NCBI GenBank assembly: GCA_963796745.1
Contig: CAWCMV010000004.1
Location: 44,492 to 108,491 of the forward strand
DNA: 64,000 bases
Direction: 5' to 3'
From: an uncultured Alphaproteobacteria bacterium
GTDB taxonomy: Bacteria; Pseudomonadota; Alphaproteobacteria; Sphingomonadales; Sphingomonadaceae
Part shown: piece by piece, positions 33,075-42,655 of the stretch
Layout: every line of letters begins with the position of its first letter
Numbering within the stretch: the first letter of the stretch is position 1
The notes under the pieces: model-generated
Database searches by the model: none
Seen by the model: the letters and a program-made list of their open reading frames with translations, nothing else
Told to the model about the DNA's origin: nothing
Position numbers and translations under genes: made by a program

Positions 33075-34256
33075 ATGACTCCGGCCGCGCGGGTTCAGGC
33101 CGCGATCGAATTGCTCGATGCGATTATCACAGCCGCGCGCAGCAATGGCCCGCCGGCTGACCGGCTGATCGCCGAGGGTTTCCGTCTGCGCCGCTATGCC
33201 GGATCGAAGGACCGCCGGGCGGTGCGCGAACTGGTCTATCGCGCGATCCGGGCCTGCGGGCCGGTGCCCCCAAGCGGCCGTGCGGCGATGCTGCGCCTGG
33301 CTGAACAAGACGCGGTGCTGGCGTCCTTGTTCGACGGTTCGCCCTATGGCCCCTCTGCAATCGATCCGGGTGAAGTTGCGGCCGAAGGCGGGATTGCACC
33401 GCCATGGCTGGCCGAACGGCTCGCCGCGTCGGGCACCACGGGCGAAGAGGCGGCAGCCTTGCTCGCCCGCGCGCCGCTTGATCTGCGGGTCAACACCCTC
33501 AAGGCCGCGCGCGAGGGGCTGGAATTGCCCGTCCCCGCCGAGCTGCTCGCCGCGCCCAACGGCCTGCGCCTGCCCGAGGGCAGCCAGGTCGAACAATGGG
33601 ATGCCTATGCGCGCGGGCTTGTCGAAGTGCAGGATTGCGGCAGCCAGCTGGCCTGTCTGGCGGCAGCTGCGCAGCCGGGCGAGACCGTTATCGATCTCTG
33701 CGCCGGGGCCGGGGGCAAGACCCTCGCGCTCGCCGCCGCGATGGACAATAGCGGCACGCTGATCGCCGCCGATACCGATCGCAGCCGCCTCTCCCGCCTT
33801 GCTCCGCGCGCCGATCGCGCCGGGGCGGTGATCGCCGAGACGGTGCTGCTCGATCCGGGCAGGGAACTGGCCGCGCTGGCACCATGGCACGGCGCGGCAG
33901 ATGCGGTGCTGGTCGATGCACCCTGTTCGGGCAGCGGCACCTGGCGCCGCAATCCGGAGGCGCGCTGGCGGCTGAACGAGGCGCAATTGGCGCGCTATGC
34001 CACGGTCCAGGCCGATCTGCTGGGCATCGCCGCCGCGCTGGTCAAGCCGGGTGGGCGGATCATCTATGTCACCTGTTCGCTGCTCGATATCGAAGGGCCG
34101 GAGCAGGTCGCGATCTTTCTGGCAGCCCATCCGGGTTGGAGCGCGGCGACCTTGGAATTGCCGCTGGGCAGGCCTTGCGGTGGGGGAATCCGCTTGACTC
34201 CGTCCCGCGATGGAACCGATGGATTTTTCATCGCCCGTTTATCCGCGCCATGTTAG
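33075..34256 (+). CDS. RsmB/NOP family RNA m5C methyltransferase
   Basis: VQDCGSQ, DLCAGAGGKT, DAPCSGSG and YVTCS motifs. Confidence 0.92.
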   Translation: MTPAARVQAAIELLDAIITAARSNGPPADRLIAEGFRLRRYAGSKDRRAVRELVYRAIRACGPVPPSGRAAMLRLAEQDAVLASLFDGSPYGPSAIDPGEVAAEGGIAPPWLAERLAASGTTGEEAAALLARAPLDLRVNTLKAAREGLELPVPAELLAAPNGLRLPEGSQVEQWDAYARGLVEVQDCGSQLACLAAAAQPGETVIDLCAGAGGKTLALAAAMDNSGTLIAADTDRSRLSRLAPRADRAGAVIAETVLLDPGRELAALAPWHGAADAVLVDAPCSGSGTWRRNPEARWRLNEAQLARYATVQADLLGIAAALVKPGGRIIYVTCSLLDIEGPEQVAIFLAAHPGWSAATLELPLGRPCGGGIRLTPSRDGTDGFFIARLSAPC

Positions 34257-34316
34257 GTCGATATTGTCATGAGCAACCATGACCGCTCGAAACTGACCGC
34301 GCTCAAGGAGTTCGTG

Positions 34317-34820
34317 ATGCGCTATTTCCCCGCCGCTTTGGCCCTTTCGGCGCTCATTGCAGTAACCTCCAGCGTCGGCCAGGCGGGTGACTATCAGGCC
34401 GATCCGCGGTCTTCCGCGCTTGTCGCGCAGGGCCGCGCGCTGCTCGCCTCGGGCAAGACGGAGGAGGCCGCCGGCGCCTTCGAAGCCGCGCTGGCGGTCG
34501 ATCCGGGCTATTCGGCAATCTATCTCGATCTGGCCGAAGTGGCGCGCCATGAAGGCATGCAGGGCAAGGCGATCCATTTCTACCGTGAAGCGCTGGAGCG
34601 TGATCCGGGCAATCTTGCCGCAATCTCGGGCGAGGGCGAGGCGCTGGCCGAAAAGGGCGCGGTCGAAAAGGCCAAGCGCAATCTCGCCAAGCTTGTCACC
34701 ATGTGCGGCAAGAATTGCTCCGAAACCAAGCAGCTGGCCGCAATGCTGGACCACCTGCCCGCCACCAAGGTCGTCACCGCCGAAGCGGTGACCCCTGATC
34801 CGAAGGTGACCAAGAACTGA
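34317..34820 (+). CDS. Exported TPR protein
   Basis: Signal peptide, FEAALAVDP and YREALERDP TPR repeats; AAGGAG RBS before the ATG at 34317. Confidence 0.8.
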   Translation: MRYFPAALALSALIAVTSSVGQAGDYQADPRSSALVAQGRALLASGKTEEAAGAFEAALAVDPGYSAIYLDLAEVARHEGMQGKAIHFYREALERDPGNLAAISGEGEALAEKGAVEKAKRNLAKLVTMCGKNCSETKQLAAMLDHLPATKVVTAEAVTPDPKVTKN

Positions 34821-34826
34821 TCCGTC

Positions 34827-35312
34827 TCAGATCAGATCGCGGAATTCTTCCAGCACGGCGCGATAGACGCGCTTCTTGAATGGCACGATCAGCTCGGGCA
34901 ATTGCTCGGGATCGACCCATTTCCATTCGGCAAATTCCGGCGCGTGGTGCAGATTGAGGTCAATCTCCTCATCCTGCCCGGTGAAGCGCATCAGCAGCCA
35001 GAATTGCCGCTGTCCGCGATATTTGCCGCCCCATAGCCGCCCGGCCAGTTCATCGGGAAGATCGTAGAGCAATTCCTCCTTGGCGCGCGCGAGCAGCGCG
35101 GAATTGGCGGCGGTAACGCCGGTTTCCTCAGTCAGTTCGCGATAGCCGGCTGCGAGCACATCTTCGCCCTCGTCCATCCCGCCTTGTGGCATCTGCCAGG
35201 CATCACCTTCCTTATTGTCGATTCGCTTGCCGACGAAGGCCTGGCCCGCGGCATTCACCAGCATCACCCCGACACAGGGGCGATAGGGCAGTTCCGAAAT
35301 GGATGATGTCAT
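34827..35312 (-). CDS. rppH: RNA pyrophosphohydrolase
   Basis: YRPCVG, WQMPQGG..RELTEETG Nudix box, YRGQRQ.W and IVPFK..VY. Confidence 0.93.
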   Translation of the reverse strand: MTSSISELPYRPCVGVMLVNAAGQAFVGKRIDNKEGDAWQMPQGGMDEGEDVLAAGYRELTEETGVTAANSALLARAKEELLYDLPDELAGRLWGGKYRGQRQFWLLMRFTGQDEEIDLNLHHAPEFAEWKWVDPEQLPELIVPFKKRVYRAVLEEFRDLI

Positions 35313-36259
35313 GCATGCACTTCCAAAGAGGATTTCATCGCAGCCAGAATAGCAAGCAGGTCGTGCTGAGCGCTAGGGATTGCTTTGCGCACCTGGATGA
35401 AGCCGTGAATGGTTCCGGCAAATTCGAGATAGGTTGTATCGCAGCCGGCCTAAATCAGCGCCGCGCCATAGGTTCGGCCCGAATCGCGCAGCGGATCGAG
35501 CCCGGCAGTGGCAAGCACCGTCGGCGGTGTGCCCGCGATCGGGCCGAGGATCGGATAGGCGCGGCGATCCTGCGGATCGAGCGCATAGGCAGCATCGAAG
35601 TAATCCATCACTTCGGCTGTGAGCATATAGTCGCTGCCGAACAAGGCATATGAGGCATGCGGCGCCAGCGGATCGGTGACCGGATAGATCGGCACCTGCA
35701 TCACCACAGGGATCGGGGCGGGCTCCAGCATCAGGGACTGGGTGACGACAATCGCAAGATTGGCGCCCGCGCTGTCGCCGATCGGGATCAGGCCGGTTAT
35801 GGTATGGCCCAGTTCTGCCGGATTCGCCGCAAGCCAGCGCGCAGCAGCCTCGCAATCCTCGGGCGCGGCGGGGAAGGGATGTTCGGGCGCAAGCCGATAT
35901 TCGACCGAAATCAGCGGCAGATCCATCTCCGCCGCTATTTCCCGGCAGGTCCGGTCATAGCTGGCGATATCCCCGAAAACGAAGCCGCCACCGTGAATGA
36001 ACAACAACAGCGGCGCCGGGCCGCGGCTTTCGCGCGGGTCATAAAGGCGCAGCGGGATATCTCCGGCCGGGCCGGGGCAGGCAAGATCCTTCACCAGCGC
36101 CATCTCGCGCGGCGGGGGCTGGGTAAACTCCTGCATCGCCGCCATCATCACGCGGGACTGTTCGATCGGAACTTCGCCCAGCGCCGGGCGATTCATCCCG
36201 GCGATCATGGCCAGAAAGGCCCGGACATCCTCGCGCACGAAGGGCGCCTTGTCGCTCAT
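35309..36259 (-). CDS. HSL-family alpha/beta hydrolase (esterase) with an in-frame TAG at 35450-35452
   Basis: HGGGF, GDSAG and DPLRD motifs. The frame continues past the TAG as AGCDTTYLEFAGTIHGFIQ.. to a TGA overlapping the rppH start (ATGA). Confidence 0.88.
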
Positions 36260-36438
36260 GGAAATCCTCTCTTCATCGCGGTGGTGGATAAGCGGTCATG
36301 GCGCAGGTTTCCAATCATGATTTTGGCCGCAATATTGGGCGTACCACAGAAAATCTTGATTGCGGCAGGCGCTGCGCGCTCATACGTGCCCCTCAAGACC
36401 TAAATCATGCGCGTCATTTGCGCGATAAGGATTGTGTA

Positions 36439-38322
36439 ATGGCAACTCTTGTGGCCGACAAACCGGCTCAGACAGCATCCGCTCCCGAAGCGGTGGTGGT
36501 GCGTTTTGCTGGCGACAGCGGCGACGGCATGCAGCTCACCGGCGGGCAGTTTACACTGTCGAGCGCGCTGGCGGGCAATGATTTTGCCACCTTCCCCGAT
36601 TTTCCGGCGGAAATCCGCGCACCGCAGGGCACCCTGTTTGGCGTTTCGGCGTTCCAGATCAATTTCGGCAGCCGCGATATCAAGACCGCCGGCGATGCGC
36701 CCGATGTGCTGGTGGCGATGAACCCGGCCGCGCTGAAGACCAATGTCGAGGCGCTCAAGCCCGGCGGGCTGATCATCGCGGACACCGGCGAATTTTCGAA
36801 GCGCAATCTCGAAAAGGCGAAATATGACAGCAATCCGGTCGAAGACGGGTCGCTCGCCAAATGGAATCTGCTGGCGTTCGATATTTCGGCGCTGACGCTG
36901 GAAGCGGTCAAGCCGTTCGGGCTGGGCAACAAGGAAGCCCTGCGCTGCAAGAATATGTGGACGCTGGGCCTGGCGCTGTGGATGTTCGACCGCGACCGCG
37001 CGCCGATCGTCGCCTGGCTCAAGGCCAAATTCGCCAAGGCGCCGGGGCTGGCCGAGGCCAATATCGCCGCGCTTGATGCCGGCCATGCCTATGGCGAGAC
37101 GGCGGAGCTTTCCGGCCCGCTCAAGCAGGTTCATGTCGATCCCTTCCCGCAGGCGCCGGGGCTCTACCGCACGATCACCGGGGCTGAGGCGGTTTCGCTC
37201 GGGCTGGTTGCGGGCGCGCAGCTTGCCGGGCTCAAGCTGTTCTTCGGCGGCTATCCGATCACGCCTGCCAGCGCGATCCTGCACCATCTCGCGCGGCTCA
37301 AGGAATTCGGCGTCACCACCTTTCAGGCCGAAGACGAGATCGCCGCGATCTGCGCTTCAATCGGCGCGTCCTATGCCGGCCAGCTCGGCGTCACCAGCTC
37401 CTCCGGCCCGGGCATTGCGCTCAAGGGTGAGGCGATGGGCCTTGCGATCATGACCGAACTGCCGCTGGTGATCGTCAATTCGCAGCGTGGCGGGCCTTCG
37501 ACCGGCCTGCCGACCAAGACCGAGCAGAGCGATCTCTATCAGGCGGTCTATGGCCGCAATGGCGATGCGCCGCTGCCGGTGATCGCTGCGCGCAGCCCGG
37601 CTGACGCTTTTGAATGCGCGATCGAGGCGAGCCGCATCGCGATCCAATATATGACCCCGGTGATCCTGCTGACCGATGGCTATATCGCCAATGCGGCGGA
37701 GCCGTGGAATGTGCCCGATCCGGCGGATTATGCGCCGTTCCCGGCCGAATTCCTCGAAGAGAAGAACGCCACGGACGATCAGGGGGGCGAGCGTCTGCTG
37801 CCCTATAAGCGCGATGCCAGGGGTGCGCGGCCCTGGATCAAGCCGGGCACGCCCGGATTGATGCACCGCATCGGCGGGATCGAAAAGCAGGTCGGCACCG
37901 GCAATCTGGATTATTCGCCCGCCAATCATCAGGCGATGACCGATGCCCGCAAGGACAAGATCGACGGCGTGGCGCAAGGCATTCCCCCGCAGGATGTCGC
38001 GCTGGGCGAGACCAGCGGCAAGCTGGCGGTGGTCGGCTGGGGTTCGACCTATGGCCCGATCAACCGCGCGGTGCATAATCTGCGCGCGCGCGGGCTCGAT
38101 GTGTCGCATATCCATGTCCGCCATGTCTGGCCGCTGCCGGCCAATCTGGGCGATCTGCTGCGCGGGTTCGACAAGGTGCTGGTGCCCGAGATGAACACCG
38201 GCCAGTTCAAGACCGTGCTGCGCGATCAGCTGCTGGTGGATGCGCGGCCCTATACCAAGACCAGCGGCCAGCCGTTCACCATTGCGGAACTGGAAGCGGC
38301 GATCGAGGAGCTGCTGGCATGA
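36439..38322 (+). CDS. 2-oxoacid:ferredoxin oxidoreductase, fused gamma-alpha subunit
   Basis: FAGDSGDGMQ, YPITPAS, QAEDEIAA, SSGPG and QRGGPSTGLPTK. Confidence 0.95.
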   Translation: MATLVADKPAQTASAPEAVVVRFAGDSGDGMQLTGGQFTLSSALAGNDFATFPDFPAEIRAPQGTLFGVSAFQINFGSRDIKTAGDAPDVLVAMNPAALKTNVEALKPGGLIIADTGEFSKRNLEKAKYDSNPVEDGSLAKWNLLAFDISALTLEAVKPFGLGNKEALRCKNMWTLGLALWMFDRDRAPIVAWLKAKFAKAPGLAEANIAALDAGHAYGETAELSGPLKQVHVDPFPQAPGLYRTITGAEAVSLGLVAGAQLAGLKLFFGGYPITPASAILHHLARLKEFGVTTFQAEDEIAAICASIGASYAGQLGVTSSSGPGIALKGEAMGLAIMTELPLVIVNSQRGGPSTGLPTKTEQSDLYQAVYGRNGDAPLPVIAARSPADAFECAIEASRIAIQYMTPVILLTDGYIANAAEPWNVPDPADYAPFPAEFLEEKNATDDQGGERLLPYKRDARGARPWIKPGTPGLMHRIGGIEKQVGTGNLDYSPANHQAMTDARKDKIDGVAQGIPPQDVALGETSGKLAVVGWGSTYGPINRAVHNLRARGLDVSHIHVRHVWPLPANLGDLLRGFDKVLVPEMNTGQFKTVLRDQLLVDARPYTKTSGQPFTIAELEAAIEELLA

Positions 38323-39350
38323 ACGACATGACCCCCATCACGACCACGCTGAAGGATTGGGAAAGCGACCAGGAAGTGCGCTGGTGCCCGGGCTGCGGCG
38401 ATTATGCGATCCTCAAGGCGGTGCAGCGCACCTTGCCGCAGCTTGGCGCGGATCCGGCGAACACGGTGTTCGTTTCTGGCATCGGCTGCTCCAGCCGGTT
38501 TCCCTATTATATCGAGAGCTACGGCTTCCACACGATCCACGGCCGCGCGCCGGCCTTTGCCACCGGCATCAAGCTGGCCAATCCCGCACTCGATGTGTGG
38601 CTGGTCACCGGCGATGGCGATGGGCTGTCGATCGGCGGCAATCATCTGATGCATGTGCTGCGGCGCAATGTGAACATGCAGATCATGCTGTTCAACAACG
38701 AGATTTACGGCCTCACCAAGGGGCAATATTCGCCCACCAGCCGTGAAGGCACGCATTCGCCCTCGACCCCGCTGGGCTCGGTCGACCATCCGGCCAATCC
38801 CTGCGCATTCGCGCTGGGTTCGGGCGCACGCTTTGTTGCGCGCGGTTTCGATGTGTCGAAGAATCTGCCCGATGTGCTCAAGGCGGCCCACGCCCATCAG
38901 GGCGCGGCCTTTATCGAGATTTTCCAGAACTGCATCGTCTATAACAAGGACGTGTTCAACGATTTCGCGACCCCCAAGGGGGCCGAGGATCGCCAGCTGT
39001 GGCTGGCCGATGGCGAGCCGATGCTGTTTGCAGGCGGCGCGAAGGGCATAACTCTCGATCAGGCTTCCTGTTCGCTCAAGCTGGTCGATGTCGTGGATGG
39101 CGATTGGCAGGCCGCCGGCGTGGCGGTGCATGATGTCACCAATCGCGCCCTGGCCCATATGCTGGTCGAGATGCCGTTTGGCGAATTCCCGATGGCGCTG
39201 GGGGTGATCTATGACGATCCCAAGGCGACTTTCGAGAGCGCGGTGATCGCTCAGAACGCCGTGGCCAGCGCGGGCAAGGAGCATGATCTGGCCAAGCTGC
39301 TCGCCAAGGGGCAGACCTGGACCGTGGCCGAAGGCGGCCCGCAGCTCTGA
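38319..39350 (+). CDS. 2-oxoacid:ferredoxin oxidoreductase beta subunit
   Basis: WCPGCGD, SGIGCS, TIHGR and the TPP motif GDGD..NN.IYGLTKGQ.SPT. Confidence 0.95.
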   Translation: MNDMTPITTTLKDWESDQEVRWCPGCGDYAILKAVQRTLPQLGADPANTVFVSGIGCSSRFPYYIESYGFHTIHGRAPAFATGIKLANPALDVWLVTGDGDGLSIGGNHLMHVLRRNVNMQIMLFNNEIYGLTKGQYSPTSREGTHSPSTPLGSVDHPANPCAFALGSGARFVARGFDVSKNLPDVLKAAHAHQGAAFIEIFQNCIVYNKDVFNDFATPKGAEDRQLWLADGEPMLFAGGAKGITLDQASCSLKLVDVVDGDWQAAGVAVHDVTNRALAHMLVEMPFGEFPMALGVIYDDPKATFESAVIAQNAVASAGKEHDLAKLLAKGQTWTVAEGGPQL

Positions 39351-39354
39351 GCTT

Positions 39355-40059
39355 TCAGGGCGAGGGCGGTTCGATCGCCGCGCGCTGCTGCAGCCGCGCA
39401 GCGATCAGCCCCATGGCCAGCGCCCAGGCACTGCCGACTGACCAGCCGGCGATCACGTCGCTGGGCCAGTGCACACCCAGATAGACGCGCGAAAAGCCGA
39501 TTGTCAGCGTCAGCAGGATCGCCACTGCCATGATGAATATCCGCAAGGCGCGGTCCGCCATGCTGCGCGCCAGCAGTGCGCCGAGGGTGAGATAGACAAT
39601 CGCGCTGTTCATCGCATGGCCACTGGGAAAGCTCAGCGAATTGGTCTGCACCAGATGCAGCACCAGCTCTGGCCGGGGCCGCGAGAAGACGTCCTTCAGC
39701 AGCGATCCCGCCAGCGCGCCGGCGCCGATCGCCAGGCCAAGAAACAGCGCCAGCCGCGCATGACGCTTGATCGCCAGATAGGCCACCGCCAGCACAGTCA
39801 CCAGCGTGAGCACGGTGACCCCGCCCAGCGCGGTGAGATCGATCATCGCGCGCTCCAGCCACTGCGGCCCGATCGGCACCGCATAATCCGGCGCGCGGCG
39901 CAGCGCGGTGATGATCGCACTGTCGAAACCCAGCGTTTCGCCTTCAAGCATCTCGCTCGCCAGCATTGCAAAACCGAGCGCCAGCGCCAGTGCGAGCAGG
40001 AATATCAGCAGGATCCGGCTGTCGATTTCGGTGATGGCGGCAAGCCGGCGGCGGATCAT
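39355..40059 (-). CDS. PAP2 family membrane phosphatase
   Basis: K......RP, SFPSGH and SRVYLGVHWPSD motifs; start uncertain. Confidence 0.9.
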   Translation of the reverse strand: MIRRRLAAITEIDSRILLIFLLALALALGFAMLASEMLEGETLGFDSAIITALRRAPDYAVPIGPQWLERAMIDLTALGGVTVLTLVTVLAVAYLAIKRHARLALFLGLAIGAGALAGSLLKDVFSRPRPELVLHLVQTNSLSFPSGHAMNSAIVYLTLGALLARSMADRALRIFIMAVAILLTLTIGFSRVYLGVHWPSDVIAGWSVGSAWALAMGLIAARLQQRAAIEPPSP

Positions 40060-40205
40060 ATTCGAATTCCCATCGAAGCGCTCAACAGGCAACGCTCTGC
40101 AGGGCATATTGTTGCCGATGCCGCTCAACAAGTCTCACCGAAAAGCTCACTCACAACATCGCAGGTGCGCTTGCCGAACAGCCGGGCGGGCGGCATAAGA
40201 CCGCT

Positions 40206-41446
40206 ATGTCTGTAGAGGGGATCAGACGGGGAGACCAATTGCTCGGGGGGAGCCACCGGATTCATACCGGTCCGGCCCTGCTCGCGCGTTTGTTCGCCGG
40301 GGGATTCCACAAGTTTCTCGATCAGGTTGAGCGCGGAATTGCGGGCGGTTCGCTGCTGGTGCATCTGCCCGATGGCAGTTCGCGCATGCTTGGCGGGCGG
40401 GCGCCGGGTTTCGCGGCCGAGATCACGATCCATGATTGGCATGCACTGCTGCGGATTGCGACGGGCGGCTCGGTCGGCTTTTATCAGGCCTGGGAAGCGC
40501 GCGAATGGGAAAGCCCGGATGAGGTGGCGCTGTTTGCGCTGGTGATGGCCAATGCGGAAAGCATGGGCGAAACCGGGCGCGCCAAGGGTCCGTGGCGGCT
40601 GGTGGCACGGCTGCTCCATTGGCTGAACCGCAACACGCGCGCGCAGGCCGAAAAGAACATCCACGCGCATTACGATCTCGGCAATGATTTCTACAGCGCC
40701 TGGCTCGACCCGACGATGAGCTATTCGAGCGGCTATGGCTTCGGGCCTGACGGACTTGAAGCCTCGCAGCGCAACAAATGGGCCCGGCTTGCGCAGCGGC
40801 TTGGCGATCCGGAAACCCTGCTCGAGATCGGTTGCGGCTGGGGGGCATTGTCGAACCATTTCGCAACGCGCGGCGCGCAGGTCACCGGGATCAGCCTGTC
40901 GGACGAGCAGCTGCATTGGGCATCCACCGCATCAAGCCGGCACGATCGATTTCCGCCATCAGGATTATCGCGATGTCACCGGGCAATTCGATGCGATCGT
41001 CAGCGTCGAAATGGTCGAGGCGGTCGGGCGTGAGTATCTGGCCGTCCTTTTTCGATTGCCTGGCGCGCTGCCTCAAGCCGGGCGGACGCGCGGCGATCCA
41101 GTTCATCGCGATGGATGACGATCTGTTCGAAGGCTATGCCCGCAATGCCGATTTCATCCAGGCCTATATCTTCCCCGGCGGATTGGTGATCCGCACCAGC
41201 GAGTTCCAGCGCCTCGCGGCGCAGCGCGGGCTGAGCTGGGAGGATCAGGAGGATTTCGGGATCGATTACGCCGAAACCCTCAAAGCCTGGCGGATCAATT
41301 TTGATCGCGCGGTGGCCGATGGGCGCTTGCCCGGCGGCTTCGATGAACGCTTCTGCCGCTTGTGGCGCTTCTATCTGATGTATTGCGAAGGTGGTTTCCG
41401 CGGCGGCGCGATCACCGTCAGCCAGGCGACTTTGGTCAAGCGCTGA
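40206..41446 (+). CDS. cfa: Cyclopropane-fatty-acyl-phospholipid synthase family (two frameshifts, near 40930 and 41038)
   Basis: HYDLGNDFY, MSYS, LEIGCGWG / QDYRD..SVEMVEAVG / FIQAYIFPGG, YAETL, YLMYCEGGF, spread over three frames. Confidence 0.88.
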
Positions 41447-41473
41447 TCCACCGGCAGTGGCTCCGGCCGGGCT

Positions 41474-41824
41474 TCACACGTTGCGATAGATCCCGCTGCC
41501 GCGAAACCGCGCGAGCAGATTGTCATGCACGATTGGGCTCATCAGCTGGAAGAAGGCGCATCCGCACAGCGAATTCTGCCACCAGACGACCTCCGCCTGA
41601 AGCGCCTCGAGGCCGGGCAGGGTAAGCCAGCACACCGAACCGGGATGCATCCGGTTGACCGCGGTTGCGGAAAAGCCCGACAGCGACAGATCATGGACCA
41701 CGGTTTGATAACCGCGTCCGCCCGAGACACGCAATTGCGCGGGAATCGTGATCTTGTAGCGCGGCGCGCAGCGATCTTCCTGTGCTGCGATTTCATACCG
41801 GCTGGTGACGTGATTTGTCGTCAT
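41474..41824 (-). CDS. PilZ domain protein
   Basis: RCAPR (RxxxR) and DLSLSG (DxSxxG) c-di-GMP binding motifs. Confidence 0.88.
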   Translation of the reverse strand: MTTNHVTSRYEIAAQEDRCAPRYKITIPAQLRVSGGRGYQTVVHDLSLSGFSATAVNRMHPGSVCWLTLPGLEALQAEVVWWQNSLCGCAFFQLMSPIVHDNLLARFRGSGIYRNV

Positions 41825-41923
41825 GGCAGCGGCCTCCCTGTGCCTTTTTCGGATCGCCCCGGAAGCTGCCGGGGTTAAGGGGAGTATGTGGAAGTCTGGT
41901 TTAGGCCGTGTTGCGCGGGCTGG

Positions 41924-42655
41924 TTAACCGGCAGCGGCAATCCGTTCACGGTGTACGCTGGCGAAGGGTTCCTGCAGCAACGCGACCAGCCGATTGGCCA
42001 CCACATCGGGAGTTTTCAGCGATTCCGGGTCTTCCCCGGGATAGGCGCGGGCGCGCATCTGGGTGCGGGTCGCACCCGGATCGACGATCGCCACGCGGAT
42101 ATTGGAGATGCGCTGAACCTCCTGCCCGTGACATTCGAGCAACACTTCAAAGGCGGCCTTGCTCGCCGCATAGGCGCCCCAATAGGCGCGCGGCGCCTGT
42201 GCAACGCTGCTGGTGAGGCCGATGATCCGGGCATCCTCGCTGCGCTTGAGCATCGGATCGAAGGTGGCCAGCAGGGCCTGGGCCGCCAGCACATTGGTGG
42301 TCAGCGCCTGATTGAACGCCCTGGGATCGATCTGCGTCACCGGCCCAAGCTGGGGCAGGATCGCGGCCGAAAGCACCATGATGTCGAGCTTGTCCCAGCG
42401 GCCCGCGATGGCCGTGGCCAGCCGGGCAATCGCATCGGGCTCGCCCAGATCGAGCGGCGCGATTGTTGCGCTGCCACCGGCGGCATGAATGGCGTCTTCG
42501 ACGGCTTCCAGCTCACGCGCGTTGCGGGCAGTAAGAATGACATGCGCGCCGGCCTGGCCCAGCGCCAGCGCAGTCGCCGCGCCAATCCCCCGGCTCGCCC
42601 CGGTGACGAGGGAAAGCTGCCCGGCAAGCGGCCCCTTGGTCTCCGTCTCGGCCAT
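41924..42655 (-). CDS. SDR family oxidoreductase (YciK-like)
   Basis: TGASRGIG, YWGAYAASK and PGATRTQMRARAYPGED; follows purF. Confidence 0.9.
   Translation of the reverse strand: MAETETKGPLAGQLSLVTGASRGIGAATALALGQAGAHVILTARNARELEAVEDAIHAAGGSATIAPLDLGEPDAIARLATAIAGRWDKLDIMVLSAAILPQLGPVTQIDPRAFNQALTTNVLAAQALLATFDPMLKRSEDARIIGLTSSVAQAPRAYWGAYAASKAAFEVLLECHGQEVQRISNIRVAIVDPGATRTQMRARAYPGEDPESLKTPDVVANRLVALLQEPFASVHRERIAAAG

Noticed and set aside
36356-36369. FNR/FixK box upstream of the oxidoreductase
   Set aside because: Only the TTGAT half site is present; there is no ATCAA half.
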